DNA from: Synechococcales cyanobacterium VAR_4_metabat_354
GTDB lineage: Bacteria > Cyanobacteriota > Cyanobacteriia > Cyanobacteriales > Chamaesiphonaceae
Assembly: GCA_031414775.1 (NCBI GenBank)
Contig: JANOQI010000054.1
Coordinates: 1-64,000 of the forward strand
DNA length: 64,000 nucleotides
Direction: 5' to 3'
The translations under genes were made by a program, and so were the position numbers. Positions within the stretch are counted from its first letter, which is position 1, and every line of letters starts with the position of its first letter. This document shows, in pieces, positions 1 through 9,648 of the stretch. Below the pieces are notes generated by a model. That model had not been told where the DNA came from, searched no databases, and saw only the letters and a list, made by a program, of their open reading frames with translations.

Positions 1-81
1 CTGCAATTCTTCCCACAGCGCAACAATCAAGGCATCTTTGGCCTCGTTAGAGAGCTGTTTTAAGTCTGGAAGTTTTTTCAT
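1..81 (-). CDS. IS66-type transposase, N-terminal 27 aa (partial, runs off window)
   Basis: Hand translation MKKLPDLKQLSNEAKDALIVALWEELQ; not in the ORF track. Confidence 0.65.
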   Translation of the reverse strand, partial: MKKLPDLKQLSNEAKDALIVALWEELQ

Positions 82-138
82 GCCACCACTTTACCGGGTT
101 TATATTTTTTGTCAAGCTACCCCTAGTTGAGCAATTAC
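1..138 (-). mobile_element. Left end of an IS66-family (ISBst12-like) insertion sequence running off the window
   Basis: Minus strand reads GTAATTGCTCAACTAGGGG from 138, a GTAA-type IS66 terminus. It is followed by an ORF from 81 with a cyanobacterial IS66 transposase-like N-terminus. Confidence 0.7.
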
Positions 139-191
139 GAAAGAATTTACAAGGGAATAGTGCTTAATTCGGAATCGTAGTTGTATTTTGC

Positions 192-224
192 AAAAAACAG
201 AATCGTTGCTTGCAACGATTCTGT
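192..224 (-). terminator. Intrinsic terminator of the pilMNOQ operon
   Basis: Perfect inverted repeat ACAGAATCGTTGC-tt-GCAACGATTCTGT (197-224) followed on the minus strand by a T run, 50 bp past the pilQ stop. Confidence 0.8.
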
Positions 225-274
225 GGAGCCTCAATGTGACGCGTGAGGTAGATTATGCCTGATTTTTTTAATAG

Positions 275-2119
275 CTATGGACGTTGCATCATTTGACGAG
301 CATCATTGCCAGGGGTGTAGTTAACTTGGTTGGTGCCGTCGTTTAAGATGCGGGGGGTAAGTAATACAATTACTTCTTGGCGGGAGTTGGCTTTAGAGGT
401 GCTGCGGAATAATGCGCCCAGGATGGGGATGTCGCCCAAAATTGGCACTTTGCTGACAGTACTTCGATCGGATTCTTGGATAATGCCAGAAAGAATTAAC
501 GTTTGGCCATCGCGCAAGCGGATCTCACCAGAAGTGAGAATCCGTTCCTGTAGCAACGTAATAGTATTGCCACCAGCAACAGCAGTACCACTAATTGCAG
601 ATACTTTAGGTGATACCGCTACAGATACGAAACCATTATCATCAATGCGATTCACGGCAACATTTAAAGTCAGACCAGCATGTTTGATAATTGGTGTCTC
701 TGTTCTGGTCGAAGTACCACTACTACTGGTAGAACTACTTGAAAATTCAAAGCCACCAAAGACTTCTTGTGTAAGATCGACCTTAGAGCTTTGACCTTCT
801 TGTACCACCATGGTAGGGTCAGTCAAAATCTTACCATTACCACTAACGATTTGGGCTTGGAGAGTGGAAAGGAATTTGGTAGGATACTGGAAAGCTGTGG
901 GAAGTCCATAAGTAGTCTTTGTACCAGTTACCGGATCTACTTCTACTTTGGTAACACCTGGTTGATAAGGATTATCATTTGTTCCAAAAGGAGGTCTAAC
1001 ACCATTTGACCCATTAAATGGTGAATTTGGTTGGTTATCTAGGAACGGGCCACCACCACCCGGAAAATTAATCGCACTGACAGGAGGTGTAGTAGTACTG
1101 CTAAGAACTGTGTTCTTACTTGGTGGGTTGTAACCTCCATAGTTGTAGACAGCGGCTCCTCCATCAACTGATAGAAATCCATTTCCGGTACCAAAAGATA
1201 GACTATTTTTCAACTCATCAGAATTATTTAAGTTGACATCTATAATCTTGACGTTGAGAGCTACCTGACGACGACGAGCATCCAATCGAGTTAGCATTGC
1301 CGTAGCTAATTCCACCTTGCGTAGAGAGCCAACTAAGGTAACTGCATTTAGACGACCATCAGTACTGATTGACAAACCTTTCAACAGCAAAGGCGCATTT
1401 CCTTCTGTAGCTTTAAGATTAAAAATTTCTGGAGTTTTTATTTCTACAGTACGAGCTGTCCCATCTTTACTAGAACCGACGGTATCGATTACTACCTTCT
1501 CTCTGGAAAGCTGAGTTTCAGCACCTTGCGTAGTCAAAAAAGCCGATGCCGCTTCCGCGCTCACCTGATTCATCCGCAAAGTCCGCACCACCGTACCCCG
1601 AATCGAATCCGGCAACTTCGGACCCACAAAAACCGTATTACCTACCCGATTTGCTTCATAACCACTAATTTGCAATACATAATTAAAAGCATTCTCCACC
1701 GGCTCATTCTTCAGGTTGAGCGAGATAGTGGGTTCAGCCATCTTTTTACCACTGGCATCTGTACCGCCAGCATAAGCCAAATTCAAGCCAGCATTACGCG
1801 ACAGCATCTCTAGTACCTCGCGAGCAGGAGCTTCCTTCAGTACGATCGACACTCGCGCCTTAGAATCTAGCTTAATATCTGGCGAGGTCGCATCTAAACT
1901 AGAAACACTAATATCACCAACCGGCGGAGCCACCGCCCGGGTTCTAGTCATTGCCGAAGGCAAAGTTGTACCAACTGGCACATTACCAGTATTATCAGTA
2001 ATAGTCACATTAGGGTTAGGTACTAATGGTTTTTGTTGAGCCATAGCTGGCTGGGCAGCAGCGACAGTCACAACACCGCCTAATACAATTTGGGTGAATC
2101 TTTTGGATAGTTTTCTCAC
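275..2119 (-). CDS. pilQ: Type IV pilus secretin PilQ
   Basis: Signal peptide, STN/N0-like region and secretin C-terminus (KVPILGDIPILGALFR, EVIVLLTPRI); last gene of pilMNOQ. Confidence 0.95.
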   Translation of the reverse strand: MRKLSKRFTQIVLGGVVTVAAAQPAMAQQKPLVPNPNVTITDNTGNVPVGTTLPSAMTRTRAVAPPVGDISVSSLDATSPDIKLDSKARVSIVLKEAPAREVLEMLSRNAGLNLAYAGGTDASGKKMAEPTISLNLKNEPVENAFNYVLQISGYEANRVGNTVFVGPKLPDSIRGTVVRTLRMNQVSAEAASAFLTTQGAETQLSREKVVIDTVGSSKDGTARTVEIKTPEIFNLKATEGNAPLLLKGLSISTDGRLNAVTLVGSLRKVELATAMLTRLDARRRQVALNVKIIDVNLNNSDELKNSLSFGTGNGFLSVDGGAAVYNYGGYNPPSKNTVLSSTTTPPVSAINFPGGGGPFLDNQPNSPFNGSNGVRPPFGTNDNPYQPGVTKVEVDPVTGTKTTYGLPTAFQYPTKFLSTLQAQIVSGNGKILTDPTMVVQEGQSSKVDLTQEVFGGFEFSSSSTSSSGTSTRTETPIIKHAGLTLNVAVNRIDDNGFVSVAVSPKVSAISGTAVAGGNTITLLQERILTSGEIRLRDGQTLILSGIIQESDRSTVSKVPILGDIPILGALFRSTSKANSRQEVIVLLTPRILNDGTNQVNYTPGNDARQMMQRP

Positions 2120-2182
2120 GATCGAATTCCTAAAGCAGAGGTTTAGTTTTAATTGAGGGCAAAGATGAAGGCGTTAGCTAAA

Positions 2183-2926
2183 TTATTTAGCGGCGACAGG
2201 CGGTGGAGCCGCTGCTACTGCTTCCTCCGCAGAGAGAGGAATTACTGCCTGTAGTTTGAACTTAGTCTTGATTTTGGGAGTCGATGATATGACACCACCA
2301 CCACTTAAGTTATTCGTAGTAGCTGGGATCAAATCCGCTTGAAAATCTTTCACAATCAGTAATTGATCTAGTCTTTCTACTGTGCGCAAAATAGATTGCA
2401 TCTGGTCAAAGCTACCATCCACCTCAATATCGGTAGATTTGCGACGCAATTTACCATTCAAGGCCGAGCCTAAAGAACTATCCGCAATTACCCCGGTAGA
2501 GGCCGCATCAGGAATAAATCTTTGGAGTTCACCCTGTCTAGTATTAATGAGTTTATTTAGATCCAACAACAACGTATCTAGTTTTTGATCATTGGCAAAT
2601 AAAGCTAATACCGCCTGTTGTTGGACTTTAGCTTTCTCTAGATTGACTTTAGCTTCAGCAATTTTCTTGGCATTATCTTGGCGTTCTTGAATTTGCTGCT
2701 GCAAACCACTAAGCTTGGTTTGTAGTTCTTGATTGGCCTGTTGTTGGGGCATTAAATTGGTGAAACCAAAATAGCCAGCTCCAGCAAAACCCATGACTGC
2801 TAACACCCCACCAATCAACATTGGCGACAAATCAATCCCAAAAATCGAGGGATAAGTTGGTGCCTGATCTAGATAAGTAGAGTTATCCAGTTGAGAACTG
2901 GTCATTAAATCTTCGCTGTATGTCAT
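2183..2926 (-). CDS. pilO: Type IV pilus assembly protein PilO
   Basis: Single TM plus coiled coil, LDTLLLDLN and GSFDQMQSILRTVERL; operon position. Confidence 0.88.
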   Translation of the reverse strand: MTYSEDLMTSSQLDNSTYLDQAPTYPSIFGIDLSPMLIGGVLAVMGFAGAGYFGFTNLMPQQQANQELQTKLSGLQQQIQERQDNAKKIAEAKVNLEKAKVQQQAVLALFANDQKLDTLLLDLNKLINTRQGELQRFIPDAASTGVIADSSLGSALNGKLRRKSTDIEVDGSFDQMQSILRTVERLDQLLIVKDFQADLIPATTNNLSGGGVISSTPKIKTKFKLQAVIPLSAEEAVAAAPPPVAAK

Positions 2927-3861
2927 GGCTTAATCACCTGCTGTTGCTGTAAACTTTTGAGCCTCGTAACCAGTCCGATCGCACCTTTTTGTTCCAATTC
3001 CCGTAGTAGTTCTGGGGCTGGTACCTGCTTAAGCGATGTTTGGATTTCGTACTTGACGGCTTTAATGGGAATGATGGTGGTACCGGCACCAGTGCCAGTA
3101 ATGTTTGCGCCCTCCTGAACGAGGTTAGCGGTAACTAGTTGGATGTCGTTAGGATTGAAAAAAGCCGATTTTTTCAAAGTCAACATAAAGTTATTGACAT
3201 CGTTAAAAGACTGGGCAATTCCGGTGACTTTGATTTTAGTAATCGGCGCATCTAAGACACTGCTAGTAGTTGCCACGGTGGTAGCCGCTGGACTCGGTGA
3301 GACTGGGGAAGCAGCTGGACTAGGTGCAGTACTAGGACTTGCACCGGGATCTGGTGGTGGAGCAGCAGCTTTGGCTAAAACACTGCCATCTTTAGGTACT
3401 GGGGCTGCGCCTTTAGCAGGAGCAGCAGCAGGGGCGGGAGGGGCAATTTGTCCGATCGTCTGGATTTGGACACCCTGGGGAATACTTTCCCGAAAATCTT
3501 GCAGAATCGCTGACCACGGACGCACTGAGTTGAATACTCCGGCTAAAGCCTTAGATTCACCCTCAATACGGCTAACTTGACCAGTGAGACCAGCTAGTTC
3601 GGTTTCTTGGGTTTTGAGCTTGCCGAGTTGTTGATCGAGTTCAACCTGCTTGGCTTGTAAGGTCTTAGCTTGCTGATCGATCACTAGCCAACCACCAGCA
3701 GTGGCGACGATAGCGGCTAGTCCAATTCCCAATCCAATATACATCGGGGTTTTGGAATAGCTGACTTGGTTATTGCGTGTGAAGCCAGTACTATCAGATT
3801 TAGCTACATTACCTTGGTAATCTGGTCGATCTTTGAGAAAATTAATGTCAATGTTATACAT
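2923..3861 (-). CDS. pilN: Type IV pilus assembly protein PilN
   Basis: N-terminal INFL motif, TM, coiled coil, WSAILQD and GIAQSFNDVNNF; Pro/Ala-rich insert. Confidence 0.92.
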   Translation of the reverse strand: MYNIDINFLKDRPDYQGNVAKSDSTGFTRNNQVSYSKTPMYIGLGIGLAAIVATAGGWLVIDQQAKTLQAKQVELDQQLGKLKTQETELAGLTGQVSRIEGESKALAGVFNSVRPWSAILQDFRESIPQGVQIQTIGQIAPPAPAAAPAKGAAPVPKDGSVLAKAAAPPPDPGASPSTAPSPAASPVSPSPAATTVATTSSVLDAPITKIKVTGIAQSFNDVNNFMLTLKKSAFFNPNDIQLVTANLVQEGANITGTGAGTTIIPIKAVKYEIQTSLKQVPAPELLRELEQKGAIGLVTRLKSLQQQQVIKP

Positions 3862-3863
3862 AT

Positions 3864-4979
3864 TTACTGCGCCTCCCGCATACCTAGACCCAGCACGATG
3901 CCCAAACCTGGTCTTTGCATCAGTGGAATATCTAAGTTAGTGTCAATTCCCAAGGAAGAAATAGGATCAATTTGAGTGGTGGGAATGCCTAATCTTTGGG
4001 TGAAAAATAGATCTAGTTGACCTAAGCCACCGCCCGGACCAGCCAGGAGTAGTTGTTCGATTTGCAAATTGCTACTGTGGTTCATATAGAAATCGATCGA
4101 TCGCCGAATTTCGTCGGCCAAGTCAGCCAGTACTCTCATTAAGGCTTGAATACCCGGACTAATCGTTTGTTCACTCATCGTCATGGTGCCGATGCTACTG
4201 ACTGGGATATCGGGAATGGTGAGATTTTGTAGAATATCAGAGCTGCGTTCGGTAGGCATATTCATGCCACTACCCAGTGCTTCTTGCAATTGCTGAGTGC
4301 CGATCGATACTGTCCGGTTAAAGTGTGGCACTCCATTGACAACAATCGCAATTTCGGTACTATCAAACTCAATATCGATTAGCACCACTGCTTCTTGGGG
4401 CCCAAATTGTCGTAACTGTTCCTTAATTGTCCGTAGTAACGAAAAGCTATTAATCTCTAAAACCTTGACTCCCAATCCAGCCAATCTAAAAGTTTCAATA
4501 TAGCTATCGGTAACTTCCCGCCGCGTGGCCGCCAACATAACCTGCATTTTTTCTAAACCATCTTCATCAGTTATGATTTCTAGTTTTTGATAATCAATAT
4601 CTACTTCTTCCCGAGGGTAGGGCAAATACAAAGCTGCTTCATGATTCAAGATCATGTCGTTTAGCTCCATGTCGCTTAGTTCCACTGGCATCGGGATGAG
4701 TCTGGTCACTGCTTCTCGCATCGGCACAGCCGTACAGACATGTTTGGCCTTAATTTTATGATCTGCTAACGTGGCCGAAATTAAATCAGCTAGCTCCGAC
4801 TGGTTAACAATTCTTCCTTCTTCAAAGACTCCTGCTGGTACTTCCGCCGAACATAGGTTCATCAGTTTGACTTCAGCACCCTGTTTTTTTAGTTGCACTA
4901 CATTGATCCTTTCCGGCCCTAGTTCAATAGCCACGCCTTGACTACTTCTGGGAATTAGATCTTTTAAACGATTTAACAT
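3864..4979 (-). CDS. pilM: Type IV pilus assembly protein PilM (actin-like)
   Basis: EAALYLPYPREEVDIDY, EIRRSIDFY, LLAGPGG, GLGMRE. Confidence 0.95.
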   Translation of the reverse strand: MLNRLKDLIPRSSQGVAIELGPERINVVQLKKQGAEVKLMNLCSAEVPAGVFEEGRIVNQSELADLISATLADHKIKAKHVCTAVPMREAVTRLIPMPVELSDMELNDMILNHEAALYLPYPREEVDIDYQKLEIITDEDGLEKMQVMLAATRREVTDSYIETFRLAGLGVKVLEINSFSLLRTIKEQLRQFGPQEAVVLIDIEFDSTEIAIVVNGVPHFNRTVSIGTQQLQEALGSGMNMPTERSSDILQNLTIPDIPVSSIGTMTMSEQTISPGIQALMRVLADLADEIRRSIDFYMNHSSNLQIEQLLLAGPGGGLGQLDLFFTQRLGIPTTQIDPISSLGIDTNLDIPLMQRPGLGIVLGLGMREAQ

Positions 4980-5123
4980 AAGCTTATTTGCGCATACCTG
5001 GAAAATTCACAAGCGGTGTATCAGTTAGCTGTTATTACTCTGATGAACGATCTGGACTGGCAAGACCAAGTCGTTTTTCCTAGCCGGAGACAACTTAAGT
5101 TCATGAGATAGCCTCTCCCCTTA

Positions 5124-5149
5124 ACTTACCCAGAAAATACTAGAGCCTA
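5124..5149 (-). promoter_or_regulatory. Putative SigF-type promoter of pilMNOQ
   Basis: Minus strand TAGGC-N13-GGGTAAGT about 145 bp upstream of pilM. Confidence 0.5.
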
Positions 5150-5285
5150 AACACTGAGTGGGAAATAATACCAAAGTCACGGCGTGCTAGAGCTAGTTGT
5201 ATTGGTATTGCTCGGTTACAATAGATCGAGCAAGTCAGCGCCAGCGCGATCAAAAGGCAGCTTTAACATAGGCCAAAAAATTATC

Positions 5286-7037
5286 ATGAATGCCATTCCG
5301 TATTTGAAAACACAGCTCAGTGCTGCTCTGACTAGTGCCTGGGGCGCGGAGTATGCCGCCATCGATCCGCTGTTGGTGCCTGCTAGTAATCCCCAGTTTG
5401 GTGACTACCAAGCCAATGTGGCCATGGGTTTAGCGAAACAATTAGGTAAGTCTCCCCGTGTTATTGCCCAGGAAATTGTCGATCGATTGGATGTGTCGGC
5501 TATTTGTGAAATTCCGAGCATTGCTGGGCCTGGTTTTATTAACTTCCAGCTCACTTCTAAATATTTAGCGGAACAAATCCAACAACTGCACGCCGATCCC
5601 CGCTTAGGAATCCCGGTGGCCAGCCCGCCTCAAAAAATAGTCGTAGATTTTTCTAGCCCAAATATTGCCAAGGAAATGCATGTTGGCCACTTGCGATCGA
5701 CCATTATTGGTGACTGTATTGCCCGGATTTTGGAATTTCGCGGTCATGAAGTACTGCGTCTCAACCATGTCGGTGACTGGGGTACCCAATTTGGGATGTT
5801 GATCTGTTATTTACAAGAGGTCTATCCTAGTGCCTTAGATACCGCCGATGCGCTGGATATTGGCGATTTGGTGACTTTTTATAAACAGGCCAAACAACGT
5901 TTTGACGAAGATCTAGAGTTTCAAACAGCCGCCCGTCAGGCAGTTGTCAGGCTCCAGGCCGGTGATGAATCCACCAAGAAAGCTTGGCAGTTACTCTGCA
6001 CTCAGTCCCGGCGGGAGTTTCAAGTAATTTATGACCGGTTAAATATTCAGCTCACCGAACGGGGCGAGTCTTTCTATAATCCTTTTTTAGCGGAGACGAT
6101 TGCCGAACTAGAACAGTTGGGGCTAGTGGAAGTGAGCGAGGGTGCCAAATGTGTTTTCACTGCCGGATTTACCAATCGGGAAGGTGAGCCACTGCCGTTA
6201 ATTATCCAAAAGTCCGATGGAGGTTACAACTATGCCACTACCGATCTGGCTGCTATCCGGTATCGGTTGCGGGTAGATGAGGCCGATCGCATTATCTATA
6301 TTACTGATGCCGGTCAAGCCAATCATTTTGGCCAGTTTTTCCAAGTCGTTCGCACGGCGGGGTGGATTAATGACAGTGTAGATATTAGCCATACCCCTTT
6401 TGGCTTGGTGCAGGGTGAAGATGGCAAGAAGCTGAAAACGCGATCGGGTGAGACCATTAAGCTCAAAGAGTTGCTAGATGAGGCCGTGGACAGGTCGCGC
6501 CGCGACTTGCAAGAACGGTTGACCAAAGATGAACGTACCGAGACCGCCGCATATATTGAGCACTCCGCCCAAGTAGTAGGATTAAGTGCTGTCAAGTATG
6601 CTGATCTTAGCCAAAATCGGCTGAGTAACTACATTTTCAGCTTTGACAAGATGCTAGCTTTGCAAGGCAACACCGCCCCTTACATGCTCTACGTTTATGC
6701 CCGAGTCAGAAGTATTGGCCGTAAGGGCGAAATTGATTGGGCACAACTGGGCACCCCCACTGTTCTTCTCACTGAAGATCAGGAGAAAACCTTAGCCAAG
6801 CATTTGTTGCAATTGAGCACGGTGCTACTCGAAGTAGAACAAGATTTATTCCCCAGCCGCTTATGCCAGTATTTATTTGAATTGAGCCAAAAATATAATC
6901 AGTTCTACGATAAATGCTCGGTCTTGCAAGCCGAGGACGAAGTGCGTGTCTCCAGATTGGTGTTATGCGATTTAACGGCGCGGACTCTTCAGCTCGGGTT
7001 GAATTTATTGGGAATTGAGGTGCTCGATCGCATGTAG
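5286..7037 (+). CDS. argS: Arginine--tRNA ligase
   Basis: [14 protein letters not shown] (HIGH-like), KLKTRSG, C-terminal DALR domain; start reassigned to ATG 5286. Confidence 0.97.
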   Translation: MNAIPYLKTQLSAALTSAWGAEYAAIDPLLVPASNPQFGDYQANVAMGLAKQLGKSPRVIAQEIVDRLDVSAICEIPSIAGPGFINFQLTSKYLAEQIQQLHADPRLGIPVASPPQKIVVDFSSPNIAKEMHVGHLRSTIIGDCIARILEFRGHEVLRLNHVGDWGTQFGMLICYLQEVYPSALDTADALDIGDLVTFYKQAKQRFDEDLEFQTAARQAVVRLQAGDESTKKAWQLLCTQSRREFQVIYDRLNIQLTERGESFYNPFLAETIAELEQLGLVEVSEGAKCVFTAGFTNREGEPLPLIIQKSDGGYNYATTDLAAIRYRLRVDEADRIIYITDAGQANHFGQFFQVVRTAGWINDSVDISHTPFGLVQGEDGKKLKTRSGETIKLKELLDEAVDRSRRDLQERLTKDERTETAAYIEHSAQVVGLSAVKYADLSQNRLSNYIFSFDKMLALQGNTAPYMLYVYARVRSIGRKGEIDWAQLGTPTVLLTEDQEKTLAKHLLQLSTVLLEVEQDLFPSRLCQYLFELSQKYNQFYDKCSVLQAEDEVRVSRLVLCDLTARTLQLGLNLLGIEVLDRM

Positions 7038-7066
7038 TTAGTGATCTGGATCACTAACTCAAAAAA
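7036..7066. terminator. Hairpin at the argS stop
   Basis: AGTTAGTGATC-tg-GATCACTAACT perfect inverted repeat followed by an A run. Confidence 0.55.
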
Positions 7067-7513
7067 CGATGCAGGCAAGGCAAACCTTTTCCATCGGCCA
7101 ATACCAATTCAATCAAGCAACTAATCCAGCAGCTCCAATATTTTGCTAACCAAAGGTCAGCATCGATTATTTCTGGTTCTAAAGCTCGTGGCCGCACTTG
7201 CCGGGGCGAAAAATTAAGCATAAAGTCACATTGAATAAGTTGTGTGGTTTGCTGTCATATCATTACATTACAATTCGAGTATGCTAGATTGCATGTTGTA
7301 AATGACTAAACTCGATGGCAATTATCGATGCCTAAGGCGCTGAGGGCTAAAAACATCCGATCGATCAAACATCAGGCGTAATTAATATGGCCATAAATCT
7401 AGGAATAATAAAATAATATTTCGTAATGTGTCTAATCTACTTTTGAGATTGTAGATTAAAGATACTATCGTAATAGTTTCAACGACCAACACCAATCTAT
7501 CGATTTAAAATGT

Positions 7514-8668
7514 ATGCAGATAGCTGTCGATAATCACAAACCAAACATCAGAGTATTAATGCTAGGTGCAAGTTTGAATGTTAAGGGTGGCATGACATCT
7601 GTTGAAAAGCTGATTATCAACAATACTCCACCAGAACTACAAGTTCATCATGTTGCCACTTTCGATCAAGGCTCAGCCATCCACAATGTAATTGTTTTTA
7701 TCAAAGCAGTTCAAAGCTTGCTTTGGGCAATACTGACTAAAAAAGTAGACATAATACATATTCATTTTGCGGAAAGAGGTAGCACTTTAAGAAAATCAAT
7801 CTTGCTATTTATTAGCTTAATTTTTCGTCAGCGTATCGTTATACATTCTCATGGTGCAACATACGAAGAATTTCATGCTGGACTTCCTCATTGGATACAA
7901 AAACTGTTAGTTAGCCTATTTCGCCGATGTACTAAATTCATTGCTTTATCTAAGAGCTGGCAAGATTATTACTCCAAAACATTTTGTCTAGATGAAAATC
8001 AAATCACCGTTTTATATAATCCAGTAGCAATGCCGCCAACCTTTCCTGATCGACGAGGAAAAAAACATTTGAAATTTGTGTTTTTAGGCCGAATTGGTAG
8101 TCGTGGTGGTGCATTAGATTTAGCTAAGTCAGTGGTATCTTTTCCAAAGCAAGAGAAGGGTTCTTTTGAACTCATTAAAGCCTTTGCAGAATTATCCGTA
8201 TCGGACAAAGAAAATACTGAATTGATATTAGCTGGTAATGGTGATTTAAAAACAGCTAATCAGCTGGTTACAGACCTAAAAATCCAAGATAAAATCACAA
8301 TTCTTTCTTGGATTAGTCCCGAACAACGCGACGAATTACTAGCCGGAGCTGATGCTTTTATCTTGCCTTCATATAATGAAGGCTTACCCATGTCGATGCT
8401 GGAATCGATGGCTTGGGGTTTGCCTGTTATTGTTACACCAGTCGGTGGCATTCCTGAAGTTATTACTCACAAGCAAAATGGTTTGTTAGTCGAGCCAGGC
8501 AATAAAAATCAGTTGATTCAAGCGATTCAGGATCTTATTAAAGATGAAGATTTAAGAATATCGTTAGGAACAGCTGGCCGTCGGAGTGTTGAATCTCTAG
8601 ACATTAAAAATTACATGAGTTCTTTAGTTAGTATCTATACCGAAGTCATCAAGCCTAAGGAAATATAA
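7514..8668 (+). CDS. GT4 family glycosyltransferase
   Basis: ADAFILPSYNEGLPMSMLESMAWGLPVI (EX7E motif). Confidence 0.92.
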   Translation: MQIAVDNHKPNIRVLMLGASLNVKGGMTSVEKLIINNTPPELQVHHVATFDQGSAIHNVIVFIKAVQSLLWAILTKKVDIIHIHFAERGSTLRKSILLFISLIFRQRIVIHSHGATYEEFHAGLPHWIQKLLVSLFRRCTKFIALSKSWQDYYSKTFCLDENQITVLYNPVAMPPTFPDRRGKKHLKFVFLGRIGSRGGALDLAKSVVSFPKQEKGSFELIKAFAELSVSDKENTELILAGNGDLKTANQLVTDLKIQDKITILSWISPEQRDELLAGADAFILPSYNEGLPMSMLESMAWGLPVIVTPVGGIPEVITHKQNGLLVEPGNKNQLIQAIQDLIKDEDLRISLGTAGRRSVESLDIKNYMSSLVSIYTEVIKPKEI

Positions 8669-8715
8669 TCGCTTTAGTCTCAAAATAATTATCACTCAAC
8701 TGCAAGTCCAATCCA

Positions 8716-9540
8716 ATGAATTCAAAAAAATTAGAAGCTGAGGAAATATCTGTTCTAGAACATCGTCAAATAGTTGGAATGCGTGTGGATGTTACTAGCT
8801 ATGCAGATGCTACCAAAAGAATCATAGCTTGGGCACGACAACGTGAAAGTAAAAGTGTTTTTGCTTCTAATGTACATATGACAATGGAAACCTATGATGA
8901 CCCAACGTTTGCCCAGATAGTTAATAAGGCCGATTTAGTAACTCCAGATGGGATGCCGTTAGTATGGGCTTTACAGGCTCTTGGTAGTAAAAATGCCTCT
9001 AGAGTTTATGGTCCCACATTAACTCTAGATGTTTGCCAAGCCGCAGCAGAAGTTGGTATTAAGATTGCACTCTATGGTGGTACAACTGATAGCTTGGTCG
9101 CTTTCACTGACTTTTTACAAAAACGATTTCCCAGTATTAATATTGTTTGTCAAATATCGCCGCCGTTTCGTCCATTAACAATGGAAGAAGATACCGACTA
9201 TACAAAAACAATAGTTGAGTCAGAAGCACAAATTTTATTTGTAGGTATTGGTTGTCCTCGACAAGAGATTTGGATCGCTGAACATCAAGGGAAAATTCCA
9301 GCAGTAATGTTGGGGGTAGGAGCGGCTTTTGATTTTCATTCTGGACGGGTTAAACAGGCTCCCCAGTGGATGCAAAAAATTAGCTTAGAATGGCTGTTTA
9401 GATTGATCATGGAGCCAAAACGTTTGTGGAAGCGCTATTTTAAGCATAATCCACGCTTCTTACTTTTCTTTTTTATGCAATTATGTGGATATAAAGCTCG
9501 GCAAAATTTAAATAAATTCAATGACCTAGATGCTCGCTAA
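8716..9540 (+). CDS. WecB/TagA/CpsF (GT26) glycosyltransferase
   Basis: ADLVTPDGMPLVW, FVGIGCPRQE, GVGAAFDF, LEWLFRLIMEPKRLWKRY. Confidence 0.95.
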   Translation: MNSKKLEAEEISVLEHRQIVGMRVDVTSYADATKRIIAWARQRESKSVFASNVHMTMETYDDPTFAQIVNKADLVTPDGMPLVWALQALGSKNASRVYGPTLTLDVCQAAAEVGIKIALYGGTTDSLVAFTDFLQKRFPSINIVCQISPPFRPLTMEEDTDYTKTIVESEAQILFVGIGCPRQEIWIAEHQGKIPAVMLGVGAAFDFHSGRVKQAPQWMQKISLEWLFRLIMEPKRLWKRYFKHNPRFLLFFFMQLCGYKARQNLNKFNDLDAR

Positions 9541-9648
9541 CACATCGTTACTCCCTGGAATTGTAAATTTTATTAGTGATGCTTACAACATCAAGTTTTT
9601 AAGTAAGTATTCAAATAACTTCAACTGTATCAACTAGGCTTTGAATTC

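Noticed and set aside
3280..3450. Low-complexity GCA/GCT-rich repeats
   Set aside because: Encode the Pro/Ala-rich linker of PilN
330..3975. Antisense ORFs over the pil genes, and similar shadow ORFs throughout the track
   Set aside because: They lie opposite or out of frame within well-supported genes and show no family motifs
7054..7221. 55-aa minus-strand ORF (MLNFSPRQVRPRALE...)
   Set aside because: No RBS or recognisable motif and it ends inside the argS hairpin; cannot be supported without homologs
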